Both the position numbers and the translations under genes were made by a program. The notes under the pieces are model-generated. The model was not told where the DNA came from. It ran no database searches and worked only from the letters and a program-made list of their open reading frames with translations. 64,000 nt of DNA from an uncultured Candidatus Saccharibacteria bacterium (GTDB lineage: Bacteria; Patescibacteriota; Minisyncoccia; Phycocordibacterales; SBAW01), in contig CAZTNI010000003.1 in the NCBI GenBank assembly GCA_964615415.1, forward strand, positions 79,235 to 143,234, given 5' to 3'. Of the stretch, positions 1-10,478 are shown piece by piece (position 1 is the first letter of the stretch; every line of letters starts with the position of its first letter).

Positions 1-2
1 CA

Positions 3-917
3 ATGCTTCATGCATCACTCTTTGGGGAGAAGCCGCCCGAGCGGTATGTTACTGCAGATGTGCGTGACAAAATTGCTACAACCTATTTTACCAACCCGCT
101 TCTGGAGTGTGCGGAGTTGCCCGAACATATTTCTATAGGAGACAGAGTCGACTTGCAGAAAAACATCGAGAATTTTATTGCCAACCAGAAAGCACGAGGA
201 ATTCTTTCAAATGCATCCGTATACTATCGGGATTTAACCAACGGACCGTGGTTTGGTATTAATGAGGATGAGCCTTTTACGCCGGCAAGCCTCCTTAAAG
301 TGCCGCTTGCGATGTGGTACTACGCAGAGGCCGATAAAAACCCAGAGATTCTTGAACAGGAAATAGAATTTAATGGTCCGCTTGGTAGCAGCGTTGTGCA
401 CTTTCCTCCCCGCGCAACACTTGAGGTGGGGAAAGTGTATACAATTGACGAACTTATACATCGCATGCTTGCAGAGTCAGACAATGATGCGACAAAGATC
501 TTGGGAGAGTTTGCAGCAAATAGAGGGGTAACAGAAGTGTATCAGGACCTCGGTGTTAAGCCATTTTTGGATCAGGCCTACACAATAGATGTGCATACCT
601 ATGCGTCGTTCTTTCGTATTTTGTACAACGCGACGTACCTGGGCAGGTCTCTCTCCGAACATATTCTTGAAATTATGAGCACTTCAGGGTTTACCAAAGG
701 TCTTGTGGCAGGTGTGCCTGCATCTGTGCCCGTGTCGCATAAATTTGGAGAAAAAACTCTTGATGAGGCAGAGCATTTATATCAATTGCACGACTGTGGC
801 GTTGTATATGCTGCGTCTCCATATATATTGTGTGTGATGACACAGGGGAAAGAGTACGGTCAGTTAGCAAATGTTATTAAAGATATTTCAAGCATGGTGT
901 ATAAAGCGGTAAAGTAG
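3..917 (+). CDS. Class A beta-lactamase-like serine hydrolase (may be 5'-truncated by the window edge)
   Basis: SxxK (PASLLK), SDN (ESDNDA) and HKFG (KTG-like) motifs in order. Confidence 0.8.
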   Translation: MLHASLFGEKPPERYVTADVRDKIATTYFTNPLLECAELPEHISIGDRVDLQKNIENFIANQKARGILSNASVYYRDLTNGPWFGINEDEPFTPASLLKVPLAMWYYAEADKNPEILEQEIEFNGPLGSSVVHFPPRATLEVGKVYTIDELIHRMLAESDNDATKILGEFAANRGVTEVYQDLGVKPFLDQAYTIDVHTYASFFRILYNATYLGRSLSEHILEIMSTSGFTKGLVAGVPASVPVSHKFGEKTLDEAEHLYQLHDCGVVYAASPYILCVMTQGKEYGQLANVIKDISSMVYKAVK

Positions 918-959
918 TCTGCTACTGTTTTGTCCCACGTGGACACGATATACTAAAGA

Positions 960-3059
960 GTGTCTATGCACAGACTTCTTTTCCTTGTTGTCGGTCTATT
1001 TTTTCTATTGCCCAGCATGGCAGATGCGGCATCTATTAGTCGGCCGGTAAATGGCTTGGGGTTGGTAGGCTATTGGAGTTTTAACGAAGGAACGTCAACT
1101 AATGCGGGCGACTATAGTGGGTATGGCAACGCAGCAATAGCGTCTACCACCTGGATAGCAGGGAAGCGTGGCACAGCGCTTTCTTTTAATCGCTCCACTG
1201 ACTATGCGTACATGCCAACATTTAACCAAACTCTGTTGCCGGCAACTTTTGTTGCATGGGTCAAAGTTCCTTCAAGTGTTACGTTAAGCTCCTGCAGAGG
1301 AGCTGTGTTTTCTCGAAATACCGCCGTTTCCGGGATGAATATTGGCGCTTGCTCTGCGTCCACAAGACTCGGGTACCACTGGAACAATGCCGCAAATACC
1401 TATGGTTGGGTTACTGGTCCGCTTATACCGAGAGACGAATGGTTTTTGGCGGTTCTAGTTGTAGAGTCTGATCAGGCAACTATGTATGCAATTTCGGAAG
1501 ACGGTGTAGAGTCGGCTGTAAATGCAGTGGCACACACAAGTTCGGTGATTGATGGGTTGAATGTGGGGCGCGACCCGAGCCAGAGTCGTTATTTTGGAGG
1601 ACAAATAGACGAAGTGCGGATATATAACCGCGCACTTGCGCAAAGTGAACTAGAGTCCATATACAGATCTGGCGGATATGCGCGCATCAATGCGTCGCGC
1701 ACTGCGGTTACAAACGGCCTTGTGGCGTGGTGGACCATGGATGGTACTGATATGGCGTATAACATTGGCGACAAGAGCGGCAATGGCAACCATGCGTATC
1801 TCATCAACATGGCAACCTCGACTGCTCAGATACCTGGCAAAATAGGTTCCGCTTTGCGATTTGATGGGGGAGATGATTATGCGTTTGCTAACGACAGCGA
1901 CAGTTTAGACACGCCGGACGGCCTAACGGTTTCGGCGTGGGTATATGACAGTAATGACGGTACGCAAAATCACACACTAAACAAAGACGACGGTTCTTCT
2001 AACAGAAACTGGATCATACGGCGCCAGAGTGATACTACGGGTAACTATCACCTATGGAATTCTGCTGGCACGTTGCGGCAGTTTGTCCCCGCGAATAGTT
2101 GGAAAATTAACGAATGGTTCCACATTGTGTACACCGTTTCTGTCAGTGGTTCGACGATAACCCTGCAGGTCTTTATTAATGGAGTCTCGGTGGGCACGGA
2201 CTCATTTTCAGGTACTGCAATTCGTACGGGCACTGCACCTGTGATGATGAGCAAGAACACAGTCGCGGGTACTAGTGAAAAGGCTCAGCGCTTGGACGAT
2301 GTGCGTATTTACAACCGCGCGCTCACTGCTGCAGAAGCAAAACAAATTTACAACGAAGGTGCCGGGACCAAAGTAAATGTAAGCACAACGAATGACACAT
2401 CGCTTGACCAAGGACTCATTAGCTATTGGTCGTTTAATGGTCCAGATGTAAGTGACTATGTATATGATCGTATTGGTGGCAACAACGGATATTTTGTCGG
2501 AACTGCCACTTCGACAGCTAAAGCTATAGGTAAAGTTGGTCAGGCCTTTAATTTTAACGGGAGTAGCGACTCGATAGAAATTGCTCACAATGCCAACCAG
2601 CTTCCTACGGACGGTCTTTCGTTTTCTGTCTGGATGAAGGCGGATAGTCACGGAGGCAACAGCCGTGGCAGACTCATAGATAAGTCGACCGGCACGCAAG
2701 CGCAAGGAGGATTTACGCTTTTTACAACAAACAGTGGTGGTGATGGACAAATAGGGTTTGCGATAAACAACTCTTCGGCCATACAGTCTGGCTCAGGCTC
2801 ATATGCATTAGGGCAGTGGGTCCATGTTGCTGCAACGGCTACCGCGGCTGGAGCATCGATTATCTACATAAACGGGGTACAGACTACGAGTGGAAATACT
2901 GCAGCTCTAAGTGGACTCACTACCACAAATGCTCTCAGTATTGGGAAAAGAAGTGCTGCCTCAGACCGATATTTTGACGGAATCTTAGACGAAGTGCGCA
3001 TGTATAACCGCGTGTTAACTGCGGCGGAAGTTAAGCAACTCTATAACGCAGGACGATGA
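960..3059 (+). CDS. Secreted protein with three LamG/ConA-like lectin domains
   Basis: Signal peptide; three repeats of GLV(G/A)YW(S/T)F...DEVRIYNRAL type. Confidence 0.85.
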   Translation: MSMHRLLFLVVGLFFLLPSMADAASISRPVNGLGLVGYWSFNEGTSTNAGDYSGYGNAAIASTTWIAGKRGTALSFNRSTDYAYMPTFNQTLLPATFVAWVKVPSSVTLSSCRGAVFSRNTAVSGMNIGACSASTRLGYHWNNAANTYGWVTGPLIPRDEWFLAVLVVESDQATMYAISEDGVESAVNAVAHTSSVIDGLNVGRDPSQSRYFGGQIDEVRIYNRALAQSELESIYRSGGYARINASRTAVTNGLVAWWTMDGTDMAYNIGDKSGNGNHAYLINMATSTAQIPGKIGSALRFDGGDDYAFANDSDSLDTPDGLTVSAWVYDSNDGTQNHTLNKDDGSSNRNWIIRRQSDTTGNYHLWNSAGTLRQFVPANSWKINEWFHIVYTVSVSGSTITLQVFINGVSVGTDSFSGTAIRTGTAPVMMSKNTVAGTSEKAQRLDDVRIYNRALTAAEAKQIYNEGAGTKVNVSTTNDTSLDQGLISYWSFNGPDVSDYVYDRIGGNNGYFVGTATSTAKAIGKVGQAFNFNGSSDSIEIAHNANQLPTDGLSFSVWMKADSHGGNSRGRLIDKSTGTQAQGGFTLFTTNSGGDGQIGFAINNSSAIQSGSGSYALGQWVHVAATATAAGASIIYINGVQTTSGNTAALSGLTTTNALSIGKRSAASDRYFDGILDEVRMYNRVLTAAEVKQLYNAGR

Positions 3060-3631
3060 GAAAAGTATTGATAACGCTACTCATGGTCGGGGGTATTGGT
3101 GCCACAATGTTGTGGTATTTTTCTAAAAACGATTTTGTTCTGTGGAACACCACAACAACTGCAAGCCCGACAGAGCAAGGTGGAAAAAATAGTCCTGAAG
3201 TGCCGCTCGTGCAGCCCACCCCTAACGCCCAAGGTCTTTCTACTTATACTGACACGCAGTACGGCTTCTCTGTGTCATACCCAGCGGGTTACAAAATAGG
3301 TAAATTGTCAGAAGGTGCAGGACACACATTTGTGCTCCAAGATTCTGCTGGTGTGGGGATGCAAATTGTTGTTACTTCGTTCGATGAAGCTATTACATTA
3401 ACCCCAGAGCGTATCCGCCAAGATTTGCCAGAGATGCCTATACAGAATCCGCAACAAGTAGTTTTCCCTGGCGCTACTGTGCAGGGCGTCATGTTTAAGA
3501 GTTCTGGTGGTGGGTTTGGGGAGAGTATTGAGTTGTGGTTTGTCCACAATGGGCATTTGTATCAAGCCTCGTCCTACTTCTCCCAATTCGATTTCTTTAA
3601 CAAGGTAATGGGGACATTTGTCTTTAAATAA
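3056..3631 (+). CDS. Membrane-anchored PsbP-like hypothetical protein
   Basis: N-terminal TM helix; YTDTQYGFSVSYP motif; ATGA overlap with upstream gene. Confidence 0.6.
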   Translation: MRKVLITLLMVGGIGATMLWYFSKNDFVLWNTTTTASPTEQGGKNSPEVPLVQPTPNAQGLSTYTDTQYGFSVSYPAGYKIGKLSEGAGHTFVLQDSAGVGMQIVVTSFDEAITLTPERIRQDLPEMPIQNPQQVVFPGATVQGVMFKSSGGGFGESIELWFVHNGHLYQASSYFSQFDFFNKVMGTFVFK

Positions 3632-3648
3632 GGTGTATACTTAGGGCC

Positions 3649-4677
3649 ATGTTTGGACGCACAAAAACACGGGTGGCTATTAACGGATTTGGACGCATTG
3701 GCAGGGCTTTTTTTCGTCTTTCGCTTGAGAATAAAAATATAGAAGTTGTTGCTATTAACGACCTTGGAGACATCAATAACTTTGCGTACATGTTGAAGTA
3801 CGATACGGTCTATCGTACGTTAGGTGCCGACGTGCGCGTTGAAGGAACTACGCTCGTTGTTGGCACTAAAAAAGTCGCATTTATTTCAGAAAAAGATCCA
3901 ACTAAGTTGCCATGGGGTGATATGAAAGTAGATGTAGTGGTAGAGTCGACTGGCGTCTTTGATAGTTATGAAAAATCTCGCGCTCATCTGGCCGCAGGAG
4001 CAAAACATGTCGTTATTACGGCGCCGGTTAAAGATGAGATGGAAGGAGGAGCGACCGTGCTTATGGGAGTCAATGAAGAAAAACTTGCGACGTGCCAAGT
4101 TAGTTCTAATGCATCATGCACGACGAACGCTGGGTCCCCGGTTATCGCTATTTTAGATGCGGCAATCGGTATTGAAAAAGCACTTCTTAATACAACGCAT
4201 GCATACACAGCAACGCAGTCGATTGTCGACGGTCCGGTAAAAGGAAATGATTTCCGTCGAGGTCGCGCTGCGGCGCAAAATATGTCGCCATCTTCTACAG
4301 GAGCAGCAGTTGCGGTAACGAAGGCCTACACACAACTCACTGATAAGTTTGATGGTATCGCGGTGCGTGTGCCAGTGCCGGCAGGTTCTATTGCCGACAT
4401 TACCTTTATTGCAAAGCGCGAGACCACTGCAGAGGAAGTGAACACTATTCTTGAAGCAGCAGCAAAAGAAGATCGTTGGCAGGGGATTTTTACCACAACT
4501 CGCGAACAGCTCGTTTCGTCAGACATTATCGGCATGCCGTTTGCGTCGATCGCAGATCTTTCTTTGACACGGGTTGTGGGCGGCAACTTGGTGAAAGTGC
4601 TTGCCTGGTATGACAATGAAATGGGATATGCGAACACATTGGTGCGGCATGTTGAAAAGGCGGGCGCGCACGTCTAA
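3649..4677 (+). CDS. gap: Glyceraldehyde-3-phosphate dehydrogenase, type I
   Basis: INGFGRIGR, SNASCTTN, WYDNE. Confidence 0.97.
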   Translation: MFGRTKTRVAINGFGRIGRAFFRLSLENKNIEVVAINDLGDINNFAYMLKYDTVYRTLGADVRVEGTTLVVGTKKVAFISEKDPTKLPWGDMKVDVVVESTGVFDSYEKSRAHLAAGAKHVVITAPVKDEMEGGATVLMGVNEEKLATCQVSSNASCTTNAGSPVIAILDAAIGIEKALLNTTHAYTATQSIVDGPVKGNDFRRGRAAAQNMSPSSTGAAVAVTKAYTQLTDKFDGIAVRVPVPAGSIADITFIAKRETTAEEVNTILEAAAKEDRWQGIFTTTREQLVSSDIIGMPFASIADLSLTRVVGGNLVKVLAWYDNEMGYANTLVRHVEKAGAHV

Positions 4678-4682
4678 GACCT

Positions 4683-5138
4683 ATGGCAAAAATTTTTTTA
4701 GCATCAGACCATGCAGGGTACGCTCTTAAAGAAACACTGCAGGTTTTCCTGACGGAAGAAGGATATGAGGTGGAAGATCTTGGGCCCGAGAACTTAACTC
4801 CGGGCGACGACTACCCGGACTACTGCATGCCGCTTGGTGAAAAAGTGGCTAAAAATAAGGATAGTTTTGGTATTGTGATCGGTGGTTCAGGGCAGGGAGA
4901 GGCTATAGCAGTGAACCGGGTTCGTGGTGCACGAGCAACCGTTTTTTACGGAGGCAGTACAGACGTGCTAGTTGTGTCGCGTGAGCATAACAATGCAAAT
5001 GTATTGTCGCTCGGTGCACGATTTATGTCGGTTGAAGATGCACAGCATGCAACACTGTTGTGGCTCACTACTGAATTTTCAAACGATGAACGCCACGTAC
5101 GTCGTATAAAAAAATTAGATCAACCAAAATCACTATGA
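4683..5138 (+). CDS. rpiB: Ribose-5-phosphate isomerase B
   Basis: SDHAG, DDYPD, GGSGQG, REHNNAN, RHVRRI. Confidence 0.93.
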   Translation: MAKIFLASDHAGYALKETLQVFLTEEGYEVEDLGPENLTPGDDYPDYCMPLGEKVAKNKDSFGIVIGGSGQGEAIAVNRVRGARATVFYGGSTDVLVVSREHNNANVLSLGARFMSVEDAQHATLLWLTTEFSNDERHVRRIKKLDQPKSL

Positions 5139-5824
5139 TTGAAATCATTCCAGCAATTTTACCCGCAACATTTGATGACTTGGTGGCGCACTTGTTGCGC
5201 GTGCGAGGCACTACGCGCATGGTGCAAATAGACATGGTTGATGGTTCGTTTGCGCCGAACAGAACGTGGCCGTACGGCGAGTATGAATCGTTTGAATCGA
5301 TTGCACATGAAGAAGAAGGGATGCCATTTTGGGAAGAATTTGATTTTGAATTTGATGTCATGGCGCAGCATCCTGAAAAAGATGTTGAAAATGTGGTGCA
5401 TGCGGGCGCGGCACGAGTTGTTATCCATGCTACAAGTGTCGGTGCTACCAAAGCGCTCGAGTTGCTACAAGTGTCTCGAGGAGGAGAATTGGGAGTCAAG
5501 GTGGGTATTGCGCTTCAACTTACAGACACTCCAGAGACGCTCACTGCATTTGATGGGCTCTATGACTTTGTGCAGGTGATGGGGATTGCAAAAGTTGGGT
5601 TTCAAGGGCAAGCATTTGATGATCGTGCATTTTCTCTCGTAGCTGCGCTGCGTGCTGCGTATCCTCAGTTGCCGATCCAAGTAGACGGAGGTGTCCGAGA
5701 GGAAAATGCTGCTCGGCTTGTCCGTGCAGGTGCGACACGCTTGGTTGTTGGCTCAGCTATTTTTGCCACAGACGATCCAAAAGGTGCGCTCGAAGCGTTG
5801 TATACTGAAGTGGATGCTGAGTGA
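5135..5824 (+). CDS. rpe: Ribulose-phosphate 3-epimerase
   Basis: IDMVDGSF, GFQGQAF, IQVDGGV, VVGSAIF. Confidence 0.9.
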   Translation: MIEIIPAILPATFDDLVAHLLRVRGTTRMVQIDMVDGSFAPNRTWPYGEYESFESIAHEEEGMPFWEEFDFEFDVMAQHPEKDVENVVHAGAARVVIHATSVGATKALELLQVSRGGELGVKVGIALQLTDTPETLTAFDGLYDFVQVMGIAKVGFQGQAFDDRAFSLVAALRAAYPQLPIQVDGGVREENAARLVRAGATRLVVGSAIFATDDPKGALEALYTEVDAE

Positions 5825-6668
5825 TAAAGAAGTTCTTACTATTGAGCAGAAAGCTGCAGACATTCGTGCCACAATAGTGGAGATGCTCGTTGCTGCGGGA
5901 AGTGGCCATACTGCAGGCCCGCTTGGTATGGCAGACATATTTGCTGCCTTTTACTTTCATATTCTTACCCATGACCCAAAACATCCGGACTGGGAAGGTC
6001 GCGACCGTATCATTTTGAGTAATGGTCACATTACGCCGGTACGCTACGCTGCCATGGCACACGCAGGGTATTTTCCTGTTGAAGAATGTATGACGCTGCG
6101 TAAATTCGGGTCGCGCCTCCAAGGGCACCCTGAACGCACGAAGCTTCCTGGTGTTGAAACTACCTCAGGGCCGCTTGGAAGCGGTTTGGGACAAGCGGCA
6201 GGTATCGCGTACGGTGCGCGAATGGATAAAAAGAAATTCCGCACCTATTGTCTGATGAGCGATGGCGAACAAGACGCCGGTAATACCTGGGAAGGAGCGA
6301 TGTTTGCAGGAGTAAATAAGCTCTCAAACCTGACTGCAGTTATTGATCGCAACAATATCCAAATTAATGGCATGACAGAAGAAGTGATGCCACTTGAAAA
6401 TTTGCGCGCGAAATACGAAGCGTTTAATTGGCATGTGCTCGAGGTTAACGGCCATAATATTCAGGAATTTGTAAACGCGGTTGAACAAGCACAAGCAATT
6501 TACGAAAAGCCAACCGTGATCATTGCGCACACTATTCCGGGCAAGGGTGTTAAAGAGATCGAATTCGACTACACCTGGCATGGGAAACCGCCAAGTAAGG
6601 AAGAAGCAAAACGCTTTTTGCACGAACTGCGCACCATGAAAGGCAAAGTTAAGAGCGAGCACGAATAA
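5814..6668 (+). CDS. tkt: Transketolase, N-terminal subunit
   Basis: LSNGH, LQGHP, GPLGSG, SDGE. Start moved to ATG 5814, 7 nt after TATACT (5801-5806). Confidence 0.93.
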   Translation: MLSDKEVLTIEQKAADIRATIVEMLVAAGSGHTAGPLGMADIFAAFYFHILTHDPKHPDWEGRDRIILSNGHITPVRYAAMAHAGYFPVEECMTLRKFGSRLQGHPERTKLPGVETTSGPLGSGLGQAAGIAYGARMDKKKFRTYCLMSDGEQDAGNTWEGAMFAGVNKLSNLTAVIDRNNIQINGMTEEVMPLENLRAKYEAFNWHVLEVNGHNIQEFVNAVEQAQAIYEKPTVIIAHTIPGKGVKEIEFDYTWHGKPPSKEEAKRFLHELRTMKGKVKSEHE

Positions 6669-6678
6669 CATATATTGT

Positions 6679-7104
6679 ATGCAAGTACGTGATGTCGACA
6701 TAGGATTTGTAATTAAGCTTGCTCGAGGAGAGCGGGTGATAGAATCCCTGTCTGCTTTTTGTGAAAAACGCGGTATCAAAGGTGCTGTGTTTAATGCGAT
6801 CGGCGCAGTAAAAAACACAGAGATCGGGTACTACAATCTTACAAAGCGTGAATATTTTTTTAAAAAAATTGAAGACGAGCGAGAGGTGGCAAGTATGACA
6901 GGTAATGTTGCCGAGGCTGAAGGGAAATTAGTTATCCACGCACATGCGGTGCTTTCGGCAATGGACGACACGCTCTCTTGTGTTGGCGCTCATATAAAAG
7001 AAGCAGAAGTTGCAGTAACGCTTGAAGTGTTTTTGACACCGCTCTCTGTCCCGCTCTCGCGCGCCTACGACGAAGAGACAGGCTTAAAGTTATTGCAGTT
7101 GTAA
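6679..7104 (+). CDS. PPC/DUF296 domain protein
   Basis: AIGAV...EVASMTGNV...HAHAVL...GAHI pattern. Confidence 0.8.
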   Translation: MQVRDVDIGFVIKLARGERVIESLSAFCEKRGIKGAVFNAIGAVKNTEIGYYNLTKREYFFKKIEDEREVASMTGNVAEAEGKLVIHAHAVLSAMDDTLSCVGAHIKEAEVAVTLEVFLTPLSVPLSRAYDEETGLKLLQL

Positions 7105-7108
7105 TTGT

Positions 7109-8104
7109 ATGTTAAACAAGACACTTAAATTACTTCCACGGCTTCTTGATGCTACTGATGCGGCGCCTGCCATGACGGCAAACCGGGATGGCTTCGGTAA
7201 AGCGCTCCTTGAACTTGGTGAAAAGAATGAACAAGTGGTGGTGTTGTGTGCTGACTTGGCGGAATCGACTCGCGTATTGCCCTTTAAAGAAAAATTTCCT
7301 GAGCGCTATATTGAAATTGGCGTTGCGGAGCAAAATTTGGCTACCGTTGCGTCGGGGCTCGCGAACTACGGCAAGATCCCGTTCATTTCATCGTACGCAG
7401 CGTTTTCTCCTGGGCGCAACAATGAGCAAATTCGCACAACTATTTCTATAAATGATGTACCGGTCAAAATTGCGGGTATGCATGCGGGGATTTCTGTAGG
7501 GCCGGACGGTGCTACCCACCAGGCACTTGAAGACATGGGGCTTATGCGCATGCAGCCGAATATGACCGTGATCTCGCCGTGCGATGCAGAAGAAGCTCGT
7601 AAAGCAACCCTCGCAGCTGCGGCGCACAAGGGGCCGGTCTACCTGCGTTTTGCACGCGAAAAGACGCCGGTGATGACGACAGAAAAAACACCTTTTGAAT
7701 TAGGAAAAGCGAACGTGATGTGGAAAGTAAAAGACCCTCAGGTGGTGGTGTTTGCTACAGGGCCACTTCTGTATCAGGCATTGCTTGCTGCGCGAGAATT
7801 GGCAGAAGAAATTCCGGTAACAGTAGTAAACATTCACACTATTAAACCGCTTGATGTGGAGACAATTGTAAAAGAGACTGCAAAAGCTGGCGCAGTCGTG
7901 ACTGTTGAAGAGCATCAGGTTGCGGGCGGCATGGGGAGTGCGGTCGCAGAAGTGCTCGCTGCAGAGTCCCCGGTCCCGATCGAATTTATTGGGGTGCACG
8001 ACCGTTTTGGACAGTCGGGAGAGCCGGCAGAGTTGTTGCGGCACTACGAACTTGATGCTCCAGCGATTGTAAAAAAAATTAAAAAGGTAGTAGCGCGCAA
8101 ATAG
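7109..8104 (+). CDS. tkt: Transketolase, C-terminal subunit
   Basis: GVAEQN, GPDGATHQ, TIKPLD, VEEH. Confidence 0.93.
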   Translation: MLNKTLKLLPRLLDATDAAPAMTANRDGFGKALLELGEKNEQVVVLCADLAESTRVLPFKEKFPERYIEIGVAEQNLATVASGLANYGKIPFISSYAAFSPGRNNEQIRTTISINDVPVKIAGMHAGISVGPDGATHQALEDMGLMRMQPNMTVISPCDAEEARKATLAAAAHKGPVYLRFAREKTPVMTTEKTPFELGKANVMWKVKDPQVVVFATGPLLYQALLAARELAEEIPVTVVNIHTIKPLDVETIVKETAKAGAVVTVEEHQVAGGMGSAVAEVLAAESPVPIEFIGVHDRFGQSGEPAELLRHYELDAPAIVKKIKKVVARK

Positions 8105-8108
8105 TACT

Positions 8109-8300
8109 ATGCTCGATCCTATAGGCACAAGCGTTTTGCGTTCAAATATAAACTCCTACCTTGGTATGTTGCTCGTTGGCGCGTGCGCGCTGTTCGCAGG
8201 CATCTACATCCTTCAGGCGGCGTTTGGCTATAATCCTATCGTGCACGCGTTTGAAACGACGGTGTATCGAGAAAATTTCTATACTCCGTCACTACCATAA
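8109..8300 (+). CDS. Small membrane protein
   Basis: One hydrophobic helix; directly after tkt, followed by a hairpin. Confidence 0.55.
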   Translation: MLDPIGTSVLRSNINSYLGMLLVGACALFAGIYILQAAFGYNPIVHAFETTVYRENFYTPSLP

Positions 8301-8303
8301 AAG

Positions 8304-8330
8304 AACCTCTCCCGAAGGAGAGGTTTATTT
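8304..8330. terminator. Hairpin terminator between convergent genes
   Basis: AACCTCTCC-CGAA-GGAGAGGTT. Confidence 0.7.
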
Positions 8331-8920
8331 TACTCAGGTATCTGGTGAGCGGTAATGCAGCGAAGTGCTTCGCCGAGCACTTGCTCGATCGACTGGGTGG
8401 CGTCGATGAAGTGGAGCTTCAGTTTTTCTTGTTCTGTTTCTGCCCACCGGTCCCACAGCCTTCCTTCCTGGATCCGCGATTCAAGGTCAGGAGGGTTGCC
8501 ACGCTCACTCAAGCGACGGCGCTGCTCTGTTTCGTCATGGAGTGAAAGGTAGAGAGAACAGACGCGGTCTTCTTTTCCGAGCTGGGTAGCATAGTGTCGA
8601 ATTTCTTCGACTTTGTCGGGCACAAGGAGGCTGATATATACGCCGTGTCGCAGCGCTTCCTCTACGTCGCGTTTCCGGGTGCCGTACCATCCATGACGCG
8701 ATGGCATAACTGTCCAAAGAAATTCGCCCGTGTCGCGCATGCGCTCGAACTCTGTTTCCGAAACATAGAAGTATTCTCCCGGAAGATCGCTTGGGCGCGG
8801 TGCGCGCGTCGTGACGCTTTCAAGCAACTTCGCGTGCGGAATGTGCTCGAGCAGTCCTTGTGCGAGGCGGGTTTTACCAACTCCTGTAGGAGCGGTGATA
8901 GTGATCAATATGCGGGGCAT
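8330..8920 (-). CDS. Guanylate kinase-like P-loop protein (accessory)
   Basis: APTGVGKT, TTRAPRP..GEYFYVS, YGT; AGGAG SD. Confidence 0.75.
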   Translation of the reverse strand: MPRILITITAPTGVGKTRLAQGLLEHIPHAKLLESVTTRAPRPSDLPGEYFYVSETEFERMRDTGEFLWTVMPSRHGWYGTRKRDVEEALRHGVYISLLVPDKVEEIRHYATQLGKEDRVCSLYLSLHDETEQRRRLSERGNPPDLESRIQEGRLWDRWAETEQEKLKLHFIDATQSIEQVLGEALRCITAHQIPE

Positions 8921-8969
8921 AGTGGTGCTCCTGGTTCGAGAGGTGCTCCTACTAGAGGAGTATACCTGC

Positions 8970-9974
8970 TTAGTGTAATTCTTCTACTGCGAATGCTGCA
9001 GGGGGATTAGCAAGATTTTTTTCCAGCTGCTCGCGTGTGAGTAAACCTTTTTGTGCCCCGATGCCTTGGAGTACAGAAGAAGAGTTTGTAGCACCCCAGA
9101 GCATGGCTTCATGGAGCGGCTTACCAAGGATAAGTGCAGACACGGTTGTTGAAGCAAACGCGTCGCCTGCGCCAGTAATTTCATACGGAGGACGCGGGTC
9201 AGGATAGCGCGGCACGTGCCACATGGTTCCATTTTCTTCTATTGCGTATGCGCCGCGAGCGTCGTCAGTAATAACAACAATTTTTGGTCCGGTAGCCTGC
9301 ATTGTTTTAAGTAAGGTTTTCATGTCGCTGCCGGAAGGTAACGTTAAGATGCGCTCCGCTTCTTCTTTGTTACAGAAAAAGATGTGCGTGCGTTCATAGA
9401 CGCCTTTCAGTGCCTCAAGACCCATCTTCATTTGGAAGGTGCCAGGTTGGAAGGCGAGCTTGGTAGTTTTCCAGCTGTCGAGCAAGTCCATGAGTTCGTG
9501 GTGGTACATCAGTGTATTGTCGCCGAGCGAAGAGAGGTAAAGCCACTTCGGTGGTTCGGAAATTTTTGGTGCGTGATACTCAAACGTCTCGTGCTTTACG
9601 AGGATAGTGCGCTGACCTTCGTACCAGAGTACGTAGTGATAGTTCGTGTGTTTGCCCTGAGATTTTTCTATATACGATACGTCAACGCCATCTTTGGTGA
9701 GAGAATCTATACAGTCTTTGCCGTATTGGTCATCACCTACATAGGCGCGCAGCGCAGCATTGAGACCGAGGCGAGCGGCAGATACTGCGGCATTTGCAGA
9801 GTTGCCGACTGCCGGCACCACCTCTGCAAACTCGTAGGGGATTTTATCGCCCCATTTCATACAAATTTCGCAGTCTTCGTTATCTAAGCGGCAGTGCACA
9901 GAGGCGTCTTTCAGTCGGATAAATGCATCAATGACAACGTCACCGATAGTCAACATATCAATCGCTTTTTCCAT
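8970..9974 (-). CDS. PfkB-family carbohydrate kinase
   Basis: VGNSANAA, TGAGDAF; start at MEKAID, 8 nt after TATACT. Confidence 0.9.
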   Translation of the reverse strand: MEKAIDMLTIGDVVIDAFIRLKDASVHCRLDNEDCEICMKWGDKIPYEFAEVVPAVGNSANAAVSAARLGLNAALRAYVGDDQYGKDCIDSLTKDGVDVSYIEKSQGKHTNYHYVLWYEGQRTILVKHETFEYHAPKISEPPKWLYLSSLGDNTLMYHHELMDLLDSWKTTKLAFQPGTFQMKMGLEALKGVYERTHIFFCNKEEAERILTLPSGSDMKTLLKTMQATGPKIVVITDDARGAYAIEENGTMWHVPRYPDPRPPYEITGAGDAFASTTVSALILGKPLHEAMLWGATNSSSVLQGIGAQKGLLTREQLEKNLANPPAAFAVEELH

Positions 9975-10013
9975 ATAAGATGAGTATACTACGAAGCGGA
10001 ACAAGGGAGGTCT

Positions 10014-10412
10014 GTGCATATGGCGCATCGGCGGATGTTTAAGAATGTGCCTACCATGATCTTTTTCATGATAGGCGAGAGTGTCTATATCAAGGTGCCT
10101 AAATCGCTTCTAGATGAGGGAAAGAAAGGAATCAGGCTTTTACAGATTGCTGGGTTAGGAGTCGCGGCCGACAGGATCTGCATTAATTTGTCGCGTCCTA
10201 AAAAAAGAATCCGGCCTCAGAAATTTGTAGTACCGGTAGAAAATACGCCACTCATTCCAGAAGGCACTGCTGTCCGAGTTTCTTTACCAGGAACAGCTCT
10301 GGGGCCTCAAGTATATCCAAAGCGGGTGGGTATTGTGCGGAAGAAGAAGGGTAAGCTGCTCGTCGAATCATTTCGAGTCGTGGACGCTCGCCGTGACGCA
10401 GAAGGGGAATAG
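10014..10412 (+). CDS. Basic hypothetical protein (accessory)
   Basis: GGGAGG SD, downstream hairpin; fills the gap between pfkB and fba. Confidence 0.55.
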   Translation: MHMAHRRMFKNVPTMIFFMIGESVYIKVPKSLLDEGKKGIRLLQIAGLGVAADRICINLSRPKKRIRPQKFVVPVENTPLIPEGTAVRVSLPGTALGPQVYPKRVGIVRKKKGKLLVESFRVVDARRDAEGE

Positions 10413-10478
10413 TAGCGTTGTGCCGAAGGGGTTGCGTTTAAAGCGACCCCTTTTCCTTTTGTGCTACACTTTTTATAT

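Noticed and set aside
3-917. Bona fide antibiotic-resistance beta-lactamase
   Set aside because: The motifs show the fold only; activity cannot be inferred.
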